The notes under the pieces were generated by a model. That model saw only the letters and a program-made list of their open reading frames with translations, did not search any database and had not been told where the DNA came from. Shown piece after piece: positions 11,081 through 24,311 of a DNA stretch of 64,000 nucleotides. Position 1 is the stretch's first letter, and each line of letters opens with the position of its first letter. Both the position numbers and the translations under genes were made by a program. The stretch is from Podarcis gaigeae (taxonomy: Eukaryota), in assembly GCA_964106915.2 (NCBI GenBank), contig OZ066923.1, one strand, 5' to 3'.

Positions 11081-13117
11081 TGCTAAAGTTATCTCGTGAA
11101 AAACAAAGATAAAAAGAAGTGCGATTTAGATAAGACATTTCTCAGATTTCTGAAGAGAGCTGACTTGAGGTTCCAAATTGCAGACATTACGGAATTACAG
11201 TGTTCTTCTGTTCCCAAAATATTCCCATTTTTAAAGGTTCTGCTGTAGTTGATTTCAGGCTTTATCTATAAAAAGGAATGTTCTAAGAATAAGCTCTCTG
11301 ACTATGGAGCCCTGTTGTTTCCTATTCTAATTCCAGGTAAGTAGAGGCTGGTTGCTGAGCAGATAGGAAAAGGCAGAGATAGGAAAAGACACAAACATAC
11401 AAAAGCACAATTCTATATTCATAGTCCGTATTAACTGAAAACAACTCCTGAGCCCTAAGCCCTGGTTGGCCTTCATTCAGGATAAACCATTCACATAGAG
11501 CTTCCCAACTCCGTCATTTGCAAAGGGGGTTTAGATATAAAAGTATTTCTGAAGGTTTTTTATCTTTTCTGCCATGACTCCAGATAGTAGGCATGGGAGT
11601 CTAATGTGCATTGCTCAAAGTAAACATAAACAGGAGTGGCAGTAAGACAATGCTTTGTGGAAGGGACATGTGGGGGAAGATTTCTGGAAGAAATGGGACA
11701 TGGGTTACTTCCACGTTTGTATCCAAAGATTGCAAGAGCTTGTTTAGAATGCTTTCCTCTGTCCACAAAACTTCCCTGTAACTTACAGTATAAAATTTGT
11801 GTTATAATATTTCAGGACACCTGTGGACATTGCTTTTTATTGTCCATTTATGGTGATTAGTGCTCGTGATGGTGTTGAGGCAGTTATCTGCAATCCTGCT
11901 TTCAAAACTGTGCCTGCAAAAGTTTCGAGGACTGATACGCCGCTCTACTTCCGGTTGGTACATATCCCATAGTTTCCTGCAGCAATCCTGTAACTTTCTA
12001 TCACAGATATTCCAGGGTTTGGTTTTGCCCCATTTTTCTTGCACTACGTTGCAAGAGAGACCCTCCAGTCAGCAACAACACAATATCATTGGGGAAGCGT
12101 TATGAAACAACTTATAGAGCAGAATGGTGTGTGGACAGCCCAATATATATCCACCAGTAACATAACATTACTTTGTCAATGACATATTGCAAAATGAACA
12201 TGCAAAAAAAAATAATAATCACAAAATTACGTCTAATCTGGTGGGACCCCAGTAGATATTTAAGTCTTACTGTTGATGCTCAGAACGAATCTAAGGAGCA
12301 GCGTGTTGTTCCTGGACCTCACCCAAGTGGTGACTGTAACAGAAAAAAACTGGAGGGACATGTACGAGCTGCCCGTCACTGCCAGGAAGGAAAGAATGAT
12401 GCACTTAGTGTGTGCAGTTGATGTGTAACCACACTTCTCTTGTTCTGAAAACCACTGGAGGTTATGATAATCTGCTGACAATGTTCCTGGTTTCAGTCCA
12501 ATGGTCATATATGGTCAAGAACTAAGTCTCTGCATTCTTCACCGCAATGCATTATGATGTCAAGATGATTGCCTGAATCTTCCCAAATGTGTAGGCTTGG
12601 ATCTAGACTTGGTAAGTTGGGCTTAGTTCCAACTGAAAGCAGATGTAAGCTGCCCAATGAATTTTGTTGTACGGGGCAGCAGGCAAATGCTGTGAATAAA
12701 TAAATACACGAGACTTACGTTGTGACTAACTTGTCAATGGGAATCAAGTTTAATGAACATTCTGGATCCAATCCATTGAAAAGTCAGAGTTGAGGAGTGA
12801 CGACTAAGGGACGGTCTTTGCATGTCCTCTCAAGTCACTGTTCATTCTTGACGCAGGCATGGAATGATGAAGAGAAACCAGTTGGCTGACTATGGATCGT
12901 ACCTTCTGAAATACAATGTTTGAAAATGAGATATTTTTTAAAATAATTTAAGTGGATTCAGACTTATGAATGCCTTCTAATTCACAAATCATCAATAAAG
13001 CAGCATGTTAAACTTATGCTGTGATATCTTTCATTCATGCCAGGGGATGCACTGGGTCTCCCCTGCAGCCCATGTGCCCCCAATCTGCTTCAGAGGGTCC
13101 CCCAACTCTGCAGAGGT

Positions 13118-13119
<2 letters not shown>

Positions 13120-13159
<40 letters not shown>

Positions 13160-13427
13160 TTATTTATACCCCGCCAATCTGGCAGTGTTTCCCCAGCCAC
13201 TCTGGGCGGCTGCCAACAGAATATTAAAAATGCGATAAAAGATCAAACATCAAAAACTTCCCTAAACAGGGCTGCCTTCAGATGTCTTCTAAAAGTCAGA
13301 TAGTTGTTTATTTCCTTGATATCTGATGGGAGGGTGTTCCACAGGGAGGGCGCCACTACCGAGAAGGCCCTCTGCCTAGCTCCCTGTAATTCACTTCTTG
13401 CAGTGAGGGAACCACAAGAAGGCCCTA
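13120..13427 (-). mobile_element. L2-clade LINE 3' end with (AAT)n tail
   Basis: ORF 13243-13506(-) RAFSVVAPSLWNTLPSDIKEINNYLTFRRHLKAALF matches the L2 ORF2 C-terminus. Confidence 0.9.
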
Positions 13428-14379
13428 GGAGATTTAGCAAGGGGCTGCAGGCGAGGAGAGGAAGCCCTATTTGCATACGTGGGGTGCCAAAAATATTGGT
13501 TATCACCCCACGTCTTTATTTAGCAGGTGGCAGCTTCCTTATCACCCCGATTTCAGGGCATAATGAAAGAGAGCCGAGATAAAATGAAAGACAAGGCAGC
13601 TAATGACAGTATCATGTAAATAAACTGTCCATTTCAGAAGGGGACAAAACCGCACAAGGTTGCTGTTACTTTTGTGCATCTTTATGGGGGTTGTGCCCAA
13701 TTTATTCTGCATGTCAGCACTCGTGTGTGATATATATATCACATACATGATATATATATATATCACATACACACAACACCATCCTAGTTTTGGTCACTCA
13801 TTAAATACAGTGCTCCTCTTGCTTTATCAGTGATATATTAAACTGTCTGCTTTTCACTTCAGCAATGTATTGTCTCTTCACAATTGATATAAATGTTACT
13901 GATGGACCTTGACTTTCCAGCTCCTGAGATGGATGTCATATAAATGAGAATGCTTGGGAAATTTGGTGCTGACACAGAATGGTATGATTAGGTGCATAAT
14001 GTGGGCATCACAATTTGCAATGCATCCTACAGAGAAATAGCAGAGTTCCATGATTTAACAAGGATTGTGGAAATATGCAGCCCTCAACACCATTTATGAA
14101 TTAATCAGGTGCACAAGCACCTCTTATGAGGACTTCATGCTGAGTAAGGAAGTCGCCTAGGGACATAATACTAAAAGACCCCTACAAAACTCATTAATAG
14201 AAACTACATCTCCTTATTTTTAATTTAAATATATAATAGAAAAAGAAACAAGTTATCACTGGTTATCGCTGGATTGGAATTAGAAAATCATATAATGCAA
14301 AAATTACAAAAGTTTTAAGGGGGGGGGGGAACCTTGAATAAATACATATTTTAAGGGTACACCACACCAATTCCACCAT

Positions 14380-15300
14380 GGAAATGTCAAAAAGTTATAT
14401 TTGTTCAATGATGAAAATATCGTTGCTGTGCTGGGCACTTATTTTGATTATAAAAGCCTTCATTTTATTGCCGTCGTAGGTGCAGGCATTTTGTAGCAAG
14501 CACAATTCACCTAGGTGAAATTTAAATAACCATTAAATACAATAAATGGCTGTGCCCAAGTATTACTGTCTTTGGAAACTGGAGGTGAGAGAGGGGAAGA
14601 GGTAAAATGTTTAGTATAACCTTTTGGTGCTAGCCTCAAAGCAGCCAAAGTTGTGTGAAGTCACTATATTTTTACGTAGCTATTAAGGAAGTACGTTTAA
14701 ATGCTACCAGGCAGTTCAGATAATATAAAATTTCCAATACTGCCTTCGACTCGAGTCAAGGGTACACTTTAAGAGTTATTAGCACCCAGCAAAGTGTGTT
14801 AAGTCTGACATTCATGATGTCTCAGTTATTAAATAGATACCAGTACACGTACTGATTTTCTTATAAAACTTAATAATGATAATGACCTTTCCGTTTAGAA
14901 TCAGGCTTTCAGCGCGGAAAACACTGACAGATTTATAGAATTTAATGCTAGACACAAACTGCAGATCATTGTCAGGTTTTCCCATATAGAGAATTTGAAA
15001 TGTATTTTTCACTCTTGGTCTTGAACATTTCATGTGTCATAATGACCATCAAATGTATATATTTCTATGCATAGCTAGCATAATCGACGTTACACTCAAT
15101 TTATCATTTGATTTATTGCCCCTCTGCACCACTGCATTATTCCACTGAGATTATCTGCACACTATAATGCCTCTTAATAGAAAAGATGAGGTGATTCTGT
15201 CAGAGAATCGACTGCCATTACTAAACAATTAGAGATGTTTTGGTTTATGTCCTGTGCTCCTCAGATAAATTTGCTGTAATACATACCATAGCAATGGGGA
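14380..15300. promoter_or_regulatory. Candidate conserved non-coding element
   Basis: Repeat-free AT-rich block with TTTTATTG, TAAT and ATCAAA motifs and retained CpGs. Confidence 0.3.
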
Positions 15301-15479
15301 ACATAGGAGATGTCCCTGTAACACTCATTTTCCCTCCACCACAAGAACCTGGCTGTGGAGAATTTTTCTCTCGAGGCCTAAATTGAGAGATTGTTGTGAC
15401 TCAACACATGAGCTAATATACTGGCACATAAGTACGTGCCATCAGATTCTAGCTATCTAATAAGCCAGGATGGTGCTCT

Positions 15480-16010
15480 TTTTTTATTTATTTGCTTAAA
15501 CAATTTATATACCACTTAACTACAATGGTCTTTGAACAGTGTATAAGAAATAAAATAGAGAAATGATAAAAATTGGATAAAATGGGGGGAAAACAAAACA
15601 CCAAACAGATTTCAATTAAAATGCCTGCTGGAATAACAACAACAACAAAAAAGGTCTTTGGTAGGCGCCAAAAGTTCAAGGGGTTTGTCTAATCTCAGCC
15701 ATGAGGAGTTCTATAGAATTTGACTCACAATACTGAATGCATGGGTCTTAGTGAATATGAGCCACATATCTGACCTATGGTGAGCCACTAAGTGTGACTC
15801 CCCCCAAAATCTCAGTGACTGAGCAGGGATATAAGGATTATATAATTCTATAGACCAATTTATCATATAAACGAAACATATTATGAGAAATTAAAGTCCA
15901 GCAGGTTGTCCTTGTTGTTAAAGGCCTTGTAAAATAAAACAAGAACATTGAACTAGGCATGATATCATATGGGTAGCTGGTGTGAGCTTTTGAGAACTGG
16001 AGTTATGTGC
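15480..16010 (-). mobile_element. Old L2 LINE 3' fragment
   Basis: TTTATTTA tail; degenerate L2 ORF2 C-terminal pattern (AAGGCCTTGTAAAATAAAACAAGAACATTGAA). Confidence 0.55.
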
Positions 16011-16367
16011 TAGGCAGTGATGGATTAATGCCCACTGACATCAGTTCTGCAAAGGATACCAGGCAGAAATGATCTGGCTACTTAGACTCCCCTGCTTATT
16101 CAATTGGCACAAAAGAAATATGGTGCAAACCTATGCACTGCTTTCTTAGTAAAATACACCTGTGTAGTGATAAATTCTGCTGTGTGGAAGCTCATCGTGA
16201 CAACACCCACAGTCACGTCCAACCTGGAAGAGTCCATAGTCACACCTCTAAGAAGAGTCTAAAATGTACAGAGCTGTGATTATTTATATATATTTCTCAC
16301 CAAAGGAGCAACAATACATAATGCCAATCTTATGAGGTCAGCAGAAATTAACAAAATATTATTTTAA

Positions 16368-16550
16368 CAACAACAACAATCACCACCGCCAGCATCGTAC
16401 ACCACCCATCTGACTGGATTGCCCCAGCCACCCTGGGTGGCTTCCAACATATACAAAAAGTTAATAAAACATTGGACATTCAAAACTTCCCTATAGAGTG
16501 TCTTCTAAAAGTTGCTTATCTCCTTGACATCTGATGGGAGGGCATTCCAC
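16368..16550 (-). mobile_element. L2-clade LINE 3' end
   Basis: Same family as the 10871 and 13120 copies. Confidence 0.8.
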
Positions 16551-18209
16551 ATGCTAATCTGCACAAACAACAGTCAACCCCCAAAGCCCTTTAATCATCT
16601 CATTCGCTTCCCAGAGCAAGAAGGGCCCATCAATCACTTTGATGCTCCAACAGATCAAAGTGGGGTAAAGGGGAAGGGGGGGGCAGCAGCATCAGTGGGA
16701 GATGCCAGTGAGTGGGGTCCTGAGTCATACACATTTACTGCCCCTGACCCTCCACTTCCTGGGGCCTTCACTGAAGTTTGCCTGCTGGGTGGATCAGCTC
16801 TGGCAACACTAGGCCAATCCTCAAAAGCACATTTAGCAACATGCTTAAAAATCACAGATAGAGTGATATACTGAAACGAGTCCATGCATAACCTTTGCCA
16901 TGTTCTCTGGCAAATGTACAAGCTTGGACTACAATGTCTCTCTAGAGGAGAACTGAGATAAGTGGGCTTATTGGTTCGCCTTCACAGTGACCGTCAAACT
17001 ATATTTGTGGTAACAAAAGATTACTGTTTTTCTTTAGGAAAAAGAAACCCCGCTTAAGAAATAAGAAGTGTGCTATGAAATGTATTGCTTAAATTTTACT
17101 TTCCCAAAGCAAAGTCTTCGTGTTACTAATGAGCCAGTATGTAGGAGATCATGAAATAACACTGTGCTGCTATTGGCTGCTGATGCCCCCAAAGGCTCGA
17201 AGTGAGTATGTTTCTCTGTTACGGTTTGGCCCAGGAAATGTTATGTGTCCACAAGTCTCCTTTCAAAATGGCCACATCAGCTCAAAACCTTTCAAGAAAC
17301 TCCTCGATGGGCTATGTTTACATAATTACATAAAACAATGTAATGCTGAAGATCTGGAGGCACAACCTTTTATACTAACATCAAGACTGTAAGAAGCAAA
17401 GAACAGTAAATACTTGGGTTTCAAGGAACTGGAGAATGTAAAAATATTGAACGTATTATGTTTGAGAGGAGCCAGTTTTTCTTGGGCTTTGCAGAGAAAC
17501 TTATGAGTTCTCTTGTTACAGACACTCGGAACTGCTAACTACCAAGAGGCAATGTGATTTCCACTGTGTTGCATACTATCGAAAAATGAACCCTCTCCTT
17601 TAACTATTCTTACTTTTATATTCCTGTGGCTGAAAGTCAAACATAAGAAATACCAGATCAGGATTAACTGTGCCTTGAAATTAATGAGTGAACCTATTTA
17701 CAGTGTGGGTATTCAGGCAGAAGATGTACCTTAGCCTAGCTGGTAAATATCCAGCACCCCAGACAGCAGAAACTATAGGAGGTCCAAATGCAGCTGGGCT
17801 GGCTTAACACATTCAGAAGAACATGGGGCTATGCATGTTGCCATCCAGATAATATCCCCTTCCCATAAGACCATTAAGCCTGGAGACTAAAATTATCTAA
17901 TTGCATCTTTCACCCAGATCCAGCAAGAGCAATCTGCACACTGAAGTAGACCTCCGATAATAGATCTCAGGGATGGGTCATTCTATATGCAAACAGTTGC
18001 CTCAGGTTGTTCTCCTTTCCACATGCAGACCCCAAAATAATTGAAGAGGGAGAACCCTACCTATGGGCCTCCCCTCTGCCTATGTCTCTCAAACAATTGG
18101 ATCAAAGATGGCAGCATCAATATCTCTTTAGCTGTGAGCAACATGTGTGTAACAGTATCACAGGTCGACAAATTTCTTTATATGTATTTTTAGGCTGTCT
18201 GAATGGCGT

Positions 18210-18259
<50 letters not shown>
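18210..18259. repeat. (CA)n(GA)n microsatellite
   Basis: Directly visible. Confidence 0.95.
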
Positions 18260-18262
<3 letters not shown>

Positions 18263-18387
18263 TTTTCCCACTGGAACTTGCCAGAACTCAGTTCCAGCAC
18301 CCCTCAGTTGGGTGCCATTGCCATTATAAGAGATCAAGGGAGGCATTCATGGTGAGTTCCGGCACCTCTTTTTCTAGAAAAATACTG
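18256..18387 (-). mobile_element. ~135-bp hAT MITE
   Basis: Reverse orientation of the 10401 copy; left end merges into (GA)n. Confidence 0.8.
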
Positions 18388-18585
18388 CACGTGTGTGTGT
18401 GTGTCTAATTGCATACAATAGGAAAGAAAGATACAAACATATCACAATACGCGTTGTCAGGTGCTGGTATGGTTGCTCGAGAGCGAACAGGCAAGACTCC
18501 AACCGGTCTTTTCCAGGCTTTATTATCTGTACAAGTAATGGCATTTGTTTAGGACAACATCATGTCCCCACCGGAGATTATCCTT

Positions 18586-18765
18586 GGGAAAGGTTTACAG
18601 CTCAGTGGTAGAGCATGTAGCAAGTTGCAGGTTCAACCCCCATCTTCTCCAGGTAGGGCTGAGAGAGACCCCTTTCTGAGATCCTGGAGAGCCACTACCA
18701 ATCAGCATAGCCAGTACTGAACTAGATAGACCAATGGTCTGTCTCAGTATGAGGCAATTTCCTGT
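18586..18765 (+). mobile_element. Squam3-type tRNA-derived SINE
   Basis: AGCTCAGTGGTAGAGCA A-box, GGTTCAACCC B-box, body CTCCAGGTAGGGCTG...GACCAATGGTCTG. Confidence 0.8.
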
Positions 18766-19903
18766 GACAATCTGTCAATCCAGGATGCATCAGGTTTGGT
18801 AACCTTGAAATTCAAGTGCTCTCTTTATTTTTGCAGTGACACTTACTGGTGTTCACATGTATCATGTGACAAATCACTACAAATGTCATGGGTGGGGAAG
18901 GTGTGTAACACCAAGGAGAAAAATGAATAATCAAAGCACCAACTTATATTTGTTAAAATAAAGTGACAGAAAACAGTTGAGTAGTTTAAGAGTTAGAGGA
19001 ATAACTGAACACCTGTAAATTTCTTCAAATTAAAGGGAACTATTGTACTTTCAAGTCGTCCCCTCGTGCTCAGTCATTGAAGAACACAGAGTTGTGCATA
19101 GATCAGAGGACCACAGTTCTAGCTCAGCACAACAAGGTGAGCGAAACGCTACCTGCCTGCCTTTTGTTAGTTCATGTCACAACCTTAAGATTACTTTCTG
19201 ATGGTGAACTGCTGCCAGGGCATTGAAGCTGCTGTTTGAAAGAGCTTTAAGATTGTGAAAGCCCAGAGCCCAATTGCCTTATCCAGCATTAACAAACTAT
19301 TTTGAAGGGTGGGTGGAAAGGCACGAACCTGTTCACATGAGATCTCATAGCTGATCAAATCCAAATGTATTGGGCAGCTAATTTAATTTCCAGAGGGCAT
19401 GACAGAATGCCCCATTGACAAGAGAGCCTCTCGCCTCATACTGACTCCGTCTTTCATGGATGTTTCATTTATCAGCATTCTGAGAAGAAACCGAAAGACA
19501 AAATTGAAGAGAGTTGCCCTACTATGTGACTGGTTTCTTGAAGTCATTCTCCAAAGCCACCACCTGGCTGCTTCCAAGTCTGCCTACCCATTGCCCTTGA
19601 CAATGTGCTCTTGATGCTTTTCAGCTGCATCGATACCCTGAAAGCCAAACTAGATGCGATGTTAATTGTGAGAATGCAAGACATTTTTTTTTTCTATTAT
19701 GAAAACAAAAACCACTGGCAAAGAAAGTTCCCTTGAGGTTCCCTTGAAATATAAACAGTAGCTTTGAAGAAGTGATTTTTGTCAAGGCTATGAAAGGGAG
19801 ACAGAGTTAAATTTCTCTCCCTTTCCCTATCCAATAGTCCCAAGACTGCTCAGGTTTACCCATAAAGGCCATTTACATAGATAGTTCGGGAGTTGGATAA
19901 TTC

Positions 19904-20039
19904 CATACCCTCCACATTTCTCCAGTGAAAATAGGGACACCCTAAGGAAAAGCGGGACATTCCATGATCAAAACAGAAACTGGAATGGCTTCTCTAAATC
20001 AGGGACGTCCCTGGAAAATAGGAACATTTGGAGGGTATG
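19904..20039. mobile_element. Non-autonomous DNA transposon (MITE)
   Basis: TIRs CATACCCTCCA / TGGAGGGTATG; internal GGGACA subrepeats. Confidence 0.75.
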
Positions 20040-20299
20040 AAATGGGCCACAAAGAGAGCTCAGAGCAGGCCTTGCAAGTACCATCCACTTCTAGGGCAAT
20101 ATTTTCCTGACAAAAGTTGCTCCAGCTGGTCGTTCCCATTTTTTTTTAATTCTCTTCTCTTAAATTCAAGCAATCAAATGTAATGTTTCGTTCACAAAAT
20201 TCATTATTTCCCCCTTCTATTTAGGTTCAAATAAACTGAACTCTGGGATATTTGTTTATATCCCATACCATGGCCTAGGATGCAATGAACTGCTATTAA

Positions 20300-21000
20300 A
20301 TATGTAAGAGAGGGGAGGGAAACACTGCTAAATATTGAAACTTTTAATTGAAACTGATAGCTGATATTTTTACAGTCTCACAATCCTACTGTCATAAATG
20401 CATTTTCAGTGCGGGATCCATTCCCTGATTTAATTGGCATTATCTGTTAATGCCAAGGCAGAGCAGCATATTTAAAATGTCGAGATGGATCGACAAGGAG
20501 ACAGATATATACAGAGGTGGACAAGATGAAAAGAGAAAACAGGATACTGATTGCACAGACTAAAGTCTGATTTCCAGTTATTTCCCAGAGCCAGGATGTG
20601 CATAATCTGAAACAGTTGCCCTTAAAATTACAGGAGACAACTGCTAAATAAATAAAAGGCCATAAAATAACATAAAATAGAGCATCACTGTTGGATGGAA
20701 TAAAATATCAATTTGCCATGTGTTATTAATGCCGACATTTGAATAGATTCCATATGATAATTCCTTCAGTTTAGTTTAACAAGAGCAAAGATTAGAGGCT
20801 TTTCTAAAATCATCATGAAGTTCATGCTGTTTTTTTAGGAGCCAAAATATAGTGCTGAGTTGTGAGCCAATTTAGCTCTGTACTTGAGAACAAAGAGTAA
20901 TTTTTTCCCGCTCAGCGCTTCTCAGTGGATATGTAGATGAGCTGTGAGATGCTGCCTGCCTGAAATATTCAGAAGTGGATTCCCAAACAGAATAAAAACT
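20300..21000. promoter_or_regulatory. Candidate conserved non-coding element
   Basis: Repeat-free; TGATTTAAT (Pbx/Hox-like), CCATAAAA, TAATTG and TGTCATAAA motifs. Confidence 0.35.
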
Positions 21001-21616
21001 GTAATGTAGAACATATCATAGCTTCCCACCCCCCTTTGACTAATTTCTAGCTCTGGGCTTTATTCTTTACAACATTGCTTCTATGACTGCTGGCTTGTGG
21101 AACCTTTCTGGGCCCGGTTGGCTTCTCAGCTGCATAAGGCATACTCCAGTCTCTTAACCATAAGAAGAAAGAATTGCCTGCAGCTCAGCCTAGTCTGAGT
21201 GGCACATATGGCAATTGATTAACTACATGCGCTATCAGAGAATTTCAGCTACATTTGCCTGTTCGTTAATTATCTTTTCTCTTAACCTCCGATAGTCAAA
21301 TGCTCAAATGGAGTTCCGGATCTACTTCGGTGTCGAAACTGGTGTCGGAATGCATGCCCTTTTTAAGATGAAGGGAATACACAAAGGGTTGGAAGGCCCC
21401 CCTACTAGCATCCTCATGTCAAGGTACTTTTCTTGGGTCGTCCCCCCCCCCCAAGTATAGATTGTGGCAACCCATTACATGGACAGAAGAGTGTAGAGTT
21501 TATGCAGTAATGTGGCTAATCCATGCACATCTGTTAATTGTCAAATCATTTATTCAGGTACTCAGAGAAGTCTAGGACACTCAGTAAGGACTTGTTCCTC
21601 CTCTCCTTCCTTTAAT

Positions 21617-21939
21617 GTAAAGGTAAAGGTAAAGGGATCCCTGACCATTAGGTCCAGTCGTGACCGACTCTCATCTTGCTTTATTGGCCGAGGGAGCCTG
21701 CGTACAGCTTCTGGGTCATGTGGCCAGCATGATTAAGCCGCTTCTGGCGAACCAGAGCAGCGCACGGAAACGCCATTTACCTTCCCGCTGGAGCGGTACC
21801 TATTGATCTACTTGCACTTTGACCTGCTTTTGAACTGCTAGGTTGGCAGGAACAGGGACCGAGCAACGGGAGCTCACCCTGTCGCGGGGATTCGAACTGC
21901 CGACCTTCTGATCAGCAAGTCCTAGGCTCTGTGGTTTAA
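21617..21939 (-). mobile_element. Sauria SINE, slightly 5'-truncated
   Basis: (AAAGGT)n tail; B-box GGATTCGAAC on the minus strand. Confidence 0.95.
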
Positions 21940-22230
21940 TTGCTTCCCATCAAATATCTCAAAAGCGGTTTCACAATAAAAGCATCAGCTATAAAAACAA
22001 TTATACAGTTTCTCATACACACACACACTCACACACACACACACACACATATATATAATGATGTGAAAACGATTGGAGGCCCAATACAGACTGGAATAAA
22101 GGTCTCTGCTTAAAAGGCTTGTTGAAAAAGCAAGGTCTTGGACAAAAGAAGCAGGGCCTGTCTGATATGTACCAGGAGGGAGTGACCATTGCACTTCATA
22201 GCTGATATCAGCCAACTTTCTTCTAGCCAA

Positions 22231-22467
22231 GTCAATATGGTGGCTAGGGCCTCATTGATAGAGAGGCATCTTCGAGCTGCCTTGAAAGAGAGAGTGGTCA
22301 ATCCGTTGCTTAAAAGACCATCATTGGACTCTGCTGAAACTGGCAACTAAAGGCCAGTCTCTAATTTGCCATTTCTGAGTGATAGCCAGGCACTTTTGGA
22401 TGAAATTGATCACCTGGATACATATCAGTCTGGTTTCTGTCACAGTTTTGGGATAGAGATGGCCTTG
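22231..22467 (+). mobile_element. L2 LINE reverse-transcriptase fragment
   Basis: Translates VVNPLLKRPSLDSAETGN*RPVSNLPFL...LDTYQSGFCHSFGIEMAL. Confidence 0.85.
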
Positions 22468-23904
22468 AACCCTTTGTAGGCGACTACTACTAGTAGTAGT
22501 AGTAGTAATTTACCTTTACTAATTCATAAATGGAAATAACTAAATAACTCCCGTACACTCTACCAAAACCAGTTACTTCCTTTGACACACCACTGCCCTG
22601 ACCCACCCTTCTGTTGCTCCACCAGGTACATAAATGGCCAACTCACCTGACTAAACACACCAAAGGTTTCTAAGCCTCTCTTTTCCCATCCACATCCTTA
22701 CTATTTCACCAAAGGATGGACGGAAGACCACCCTAGTCTCGCTGTGGGAAGAAGAGGTAACAAAGCCCGCTTGTTAAGCCCCTGCTTCTGTGACTGAGAT
22801 GGGCTAGTCTGCTTGAGGAGGCTAGATAAAAGCCCCCCTCCTCACCAGCAGAACAGAATTCCTGACCTTCAGCCTTGCATCAACCATTCTGGTAGACATT
22901 CGTCTGCACTGTCCTTTGGTCATGTCAAACAGAGCAGAGCAAGGTAGTGTTTATGATCAGAGGGGATACAGGCAGGAAGAAGGTTAGCCTGCCAAAGAGG
23001 CTGTTAGAAGAGGTTCAACACTGATGGAGTCTGTGGTGTCAAAGGGTTGGAGATGCGTACACCCACTCTTCTGAGAAGCCAAGGAACCAGACCTCCTTAT
23101 CACCCAAGTCTCAAGCGCATGGCCTTACCCAGGGCCCAAAATCTCCTAGGGGATTATTGCAAGGGCACTGACACCGCAGATGCTCAGACAGTGCCGTAAT
23201 TTAGGATTAGGATGCTTCTTTCCACCTCGACTAGATTGGTTCCTTCTGTCCCAACACGGAATAAGCTCATCTTAAATACCAAGCTCTTTCCTGACAGCTC
23301 ACAAGCTGTGGGAGGGGAAAAGAAAGCAGCCTGTGTCGTTTTACCGATTGTTCATTTAGCTTCAAAAGGTGGATTTTCTAAACAGCATTTTCTACATTGT
23401 TTTTTTCCCCCTCCTGTTAATTCATTTTAATTCCATACTGCATTTTCCTGGTTTTAGGGCTGGGAGGTATACTGTACATGCACTGCATTTTGCAGGGTTT
23501 TAAAAGGCTGCTTTAATGAATTCTTAATTACATTATTCAAAAGATCCATTATTCAGTATTCATCTCACTTCTAAATGAAAGTCTTTACCTGACATATGAA
23601 TGAAATGAGTCTAAATGCTTTGCATGCCACCTAGGGATTCATAATAGACTCCTTGCTGAATGGCAGCAGCAGGTCCCCCCCTTTTTTCTGCTTTAAATTT
23701 ACAGGGATTGTTTGTGGAGATGAACAGATATGAGCTACTCTGCCAGACCCTAAACTCTCTCCAGGCACATTTTAAACCTCTTAGTGCCTGGGAGATGAAG
23801 GTAACGCCCTAGTTATTGCAGTGGCAGGGCTGGAAGCCGAGAGGCTGATAAATGGGAGCAGATACCAATCTAACAGCACAATCTTATACATGTCTACTCA
23901 GAAG

Positions 23905-24311
23905 CAAAGATGAAGGAGAAATTAAAATTTGGATCGCACATAAAGACAGACCTTCCCAAGTTGCACTTGCTGAACAAATACATAAACTGAAACACAGACA
24001 TTGTTCAAAATCCGAATTTTGCAATGCGTTTCTCCAGCCAACCAGTGTTTGCAAAAATGTGTAGTCTAGGGTAAAGTGTGCATTAAAATGCTCAGATCAG
24101 TGAAATTTACACACAAAAATTCATTACATTGGGGGAAATTGCTTTGCAAAAATGTTTACACTGGACAAAATGGCATACAAAAATGTGAATATTTGGAGAA
24201 TTTCGCCCTAAAATGATGATGAAATTTCAAGAGGGCCAAAAAAATAAACTGATATGGAAATATGAATTAGAAATATGAGAAACCAAAATTGACAGAATAA
24301 CACAATCCCTA
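23905..24311 (+). mobile_element. hAT non-autonomous transposon nested in a palindromic MITE
   Basis: 8-bp TSD CTCAGAAG/CTTAGAAG; ends in ATCCCTA; the host TACTCAGAAGTAA...GGGGCTTA..CCCAGGTAAGT rejoins across it. Confidence 0.8.

Noticed and set aside
13724-13770. Duplicated palindrome TGATATATATATCACAT
   Set aside because: Explained by (TA)n slippage.
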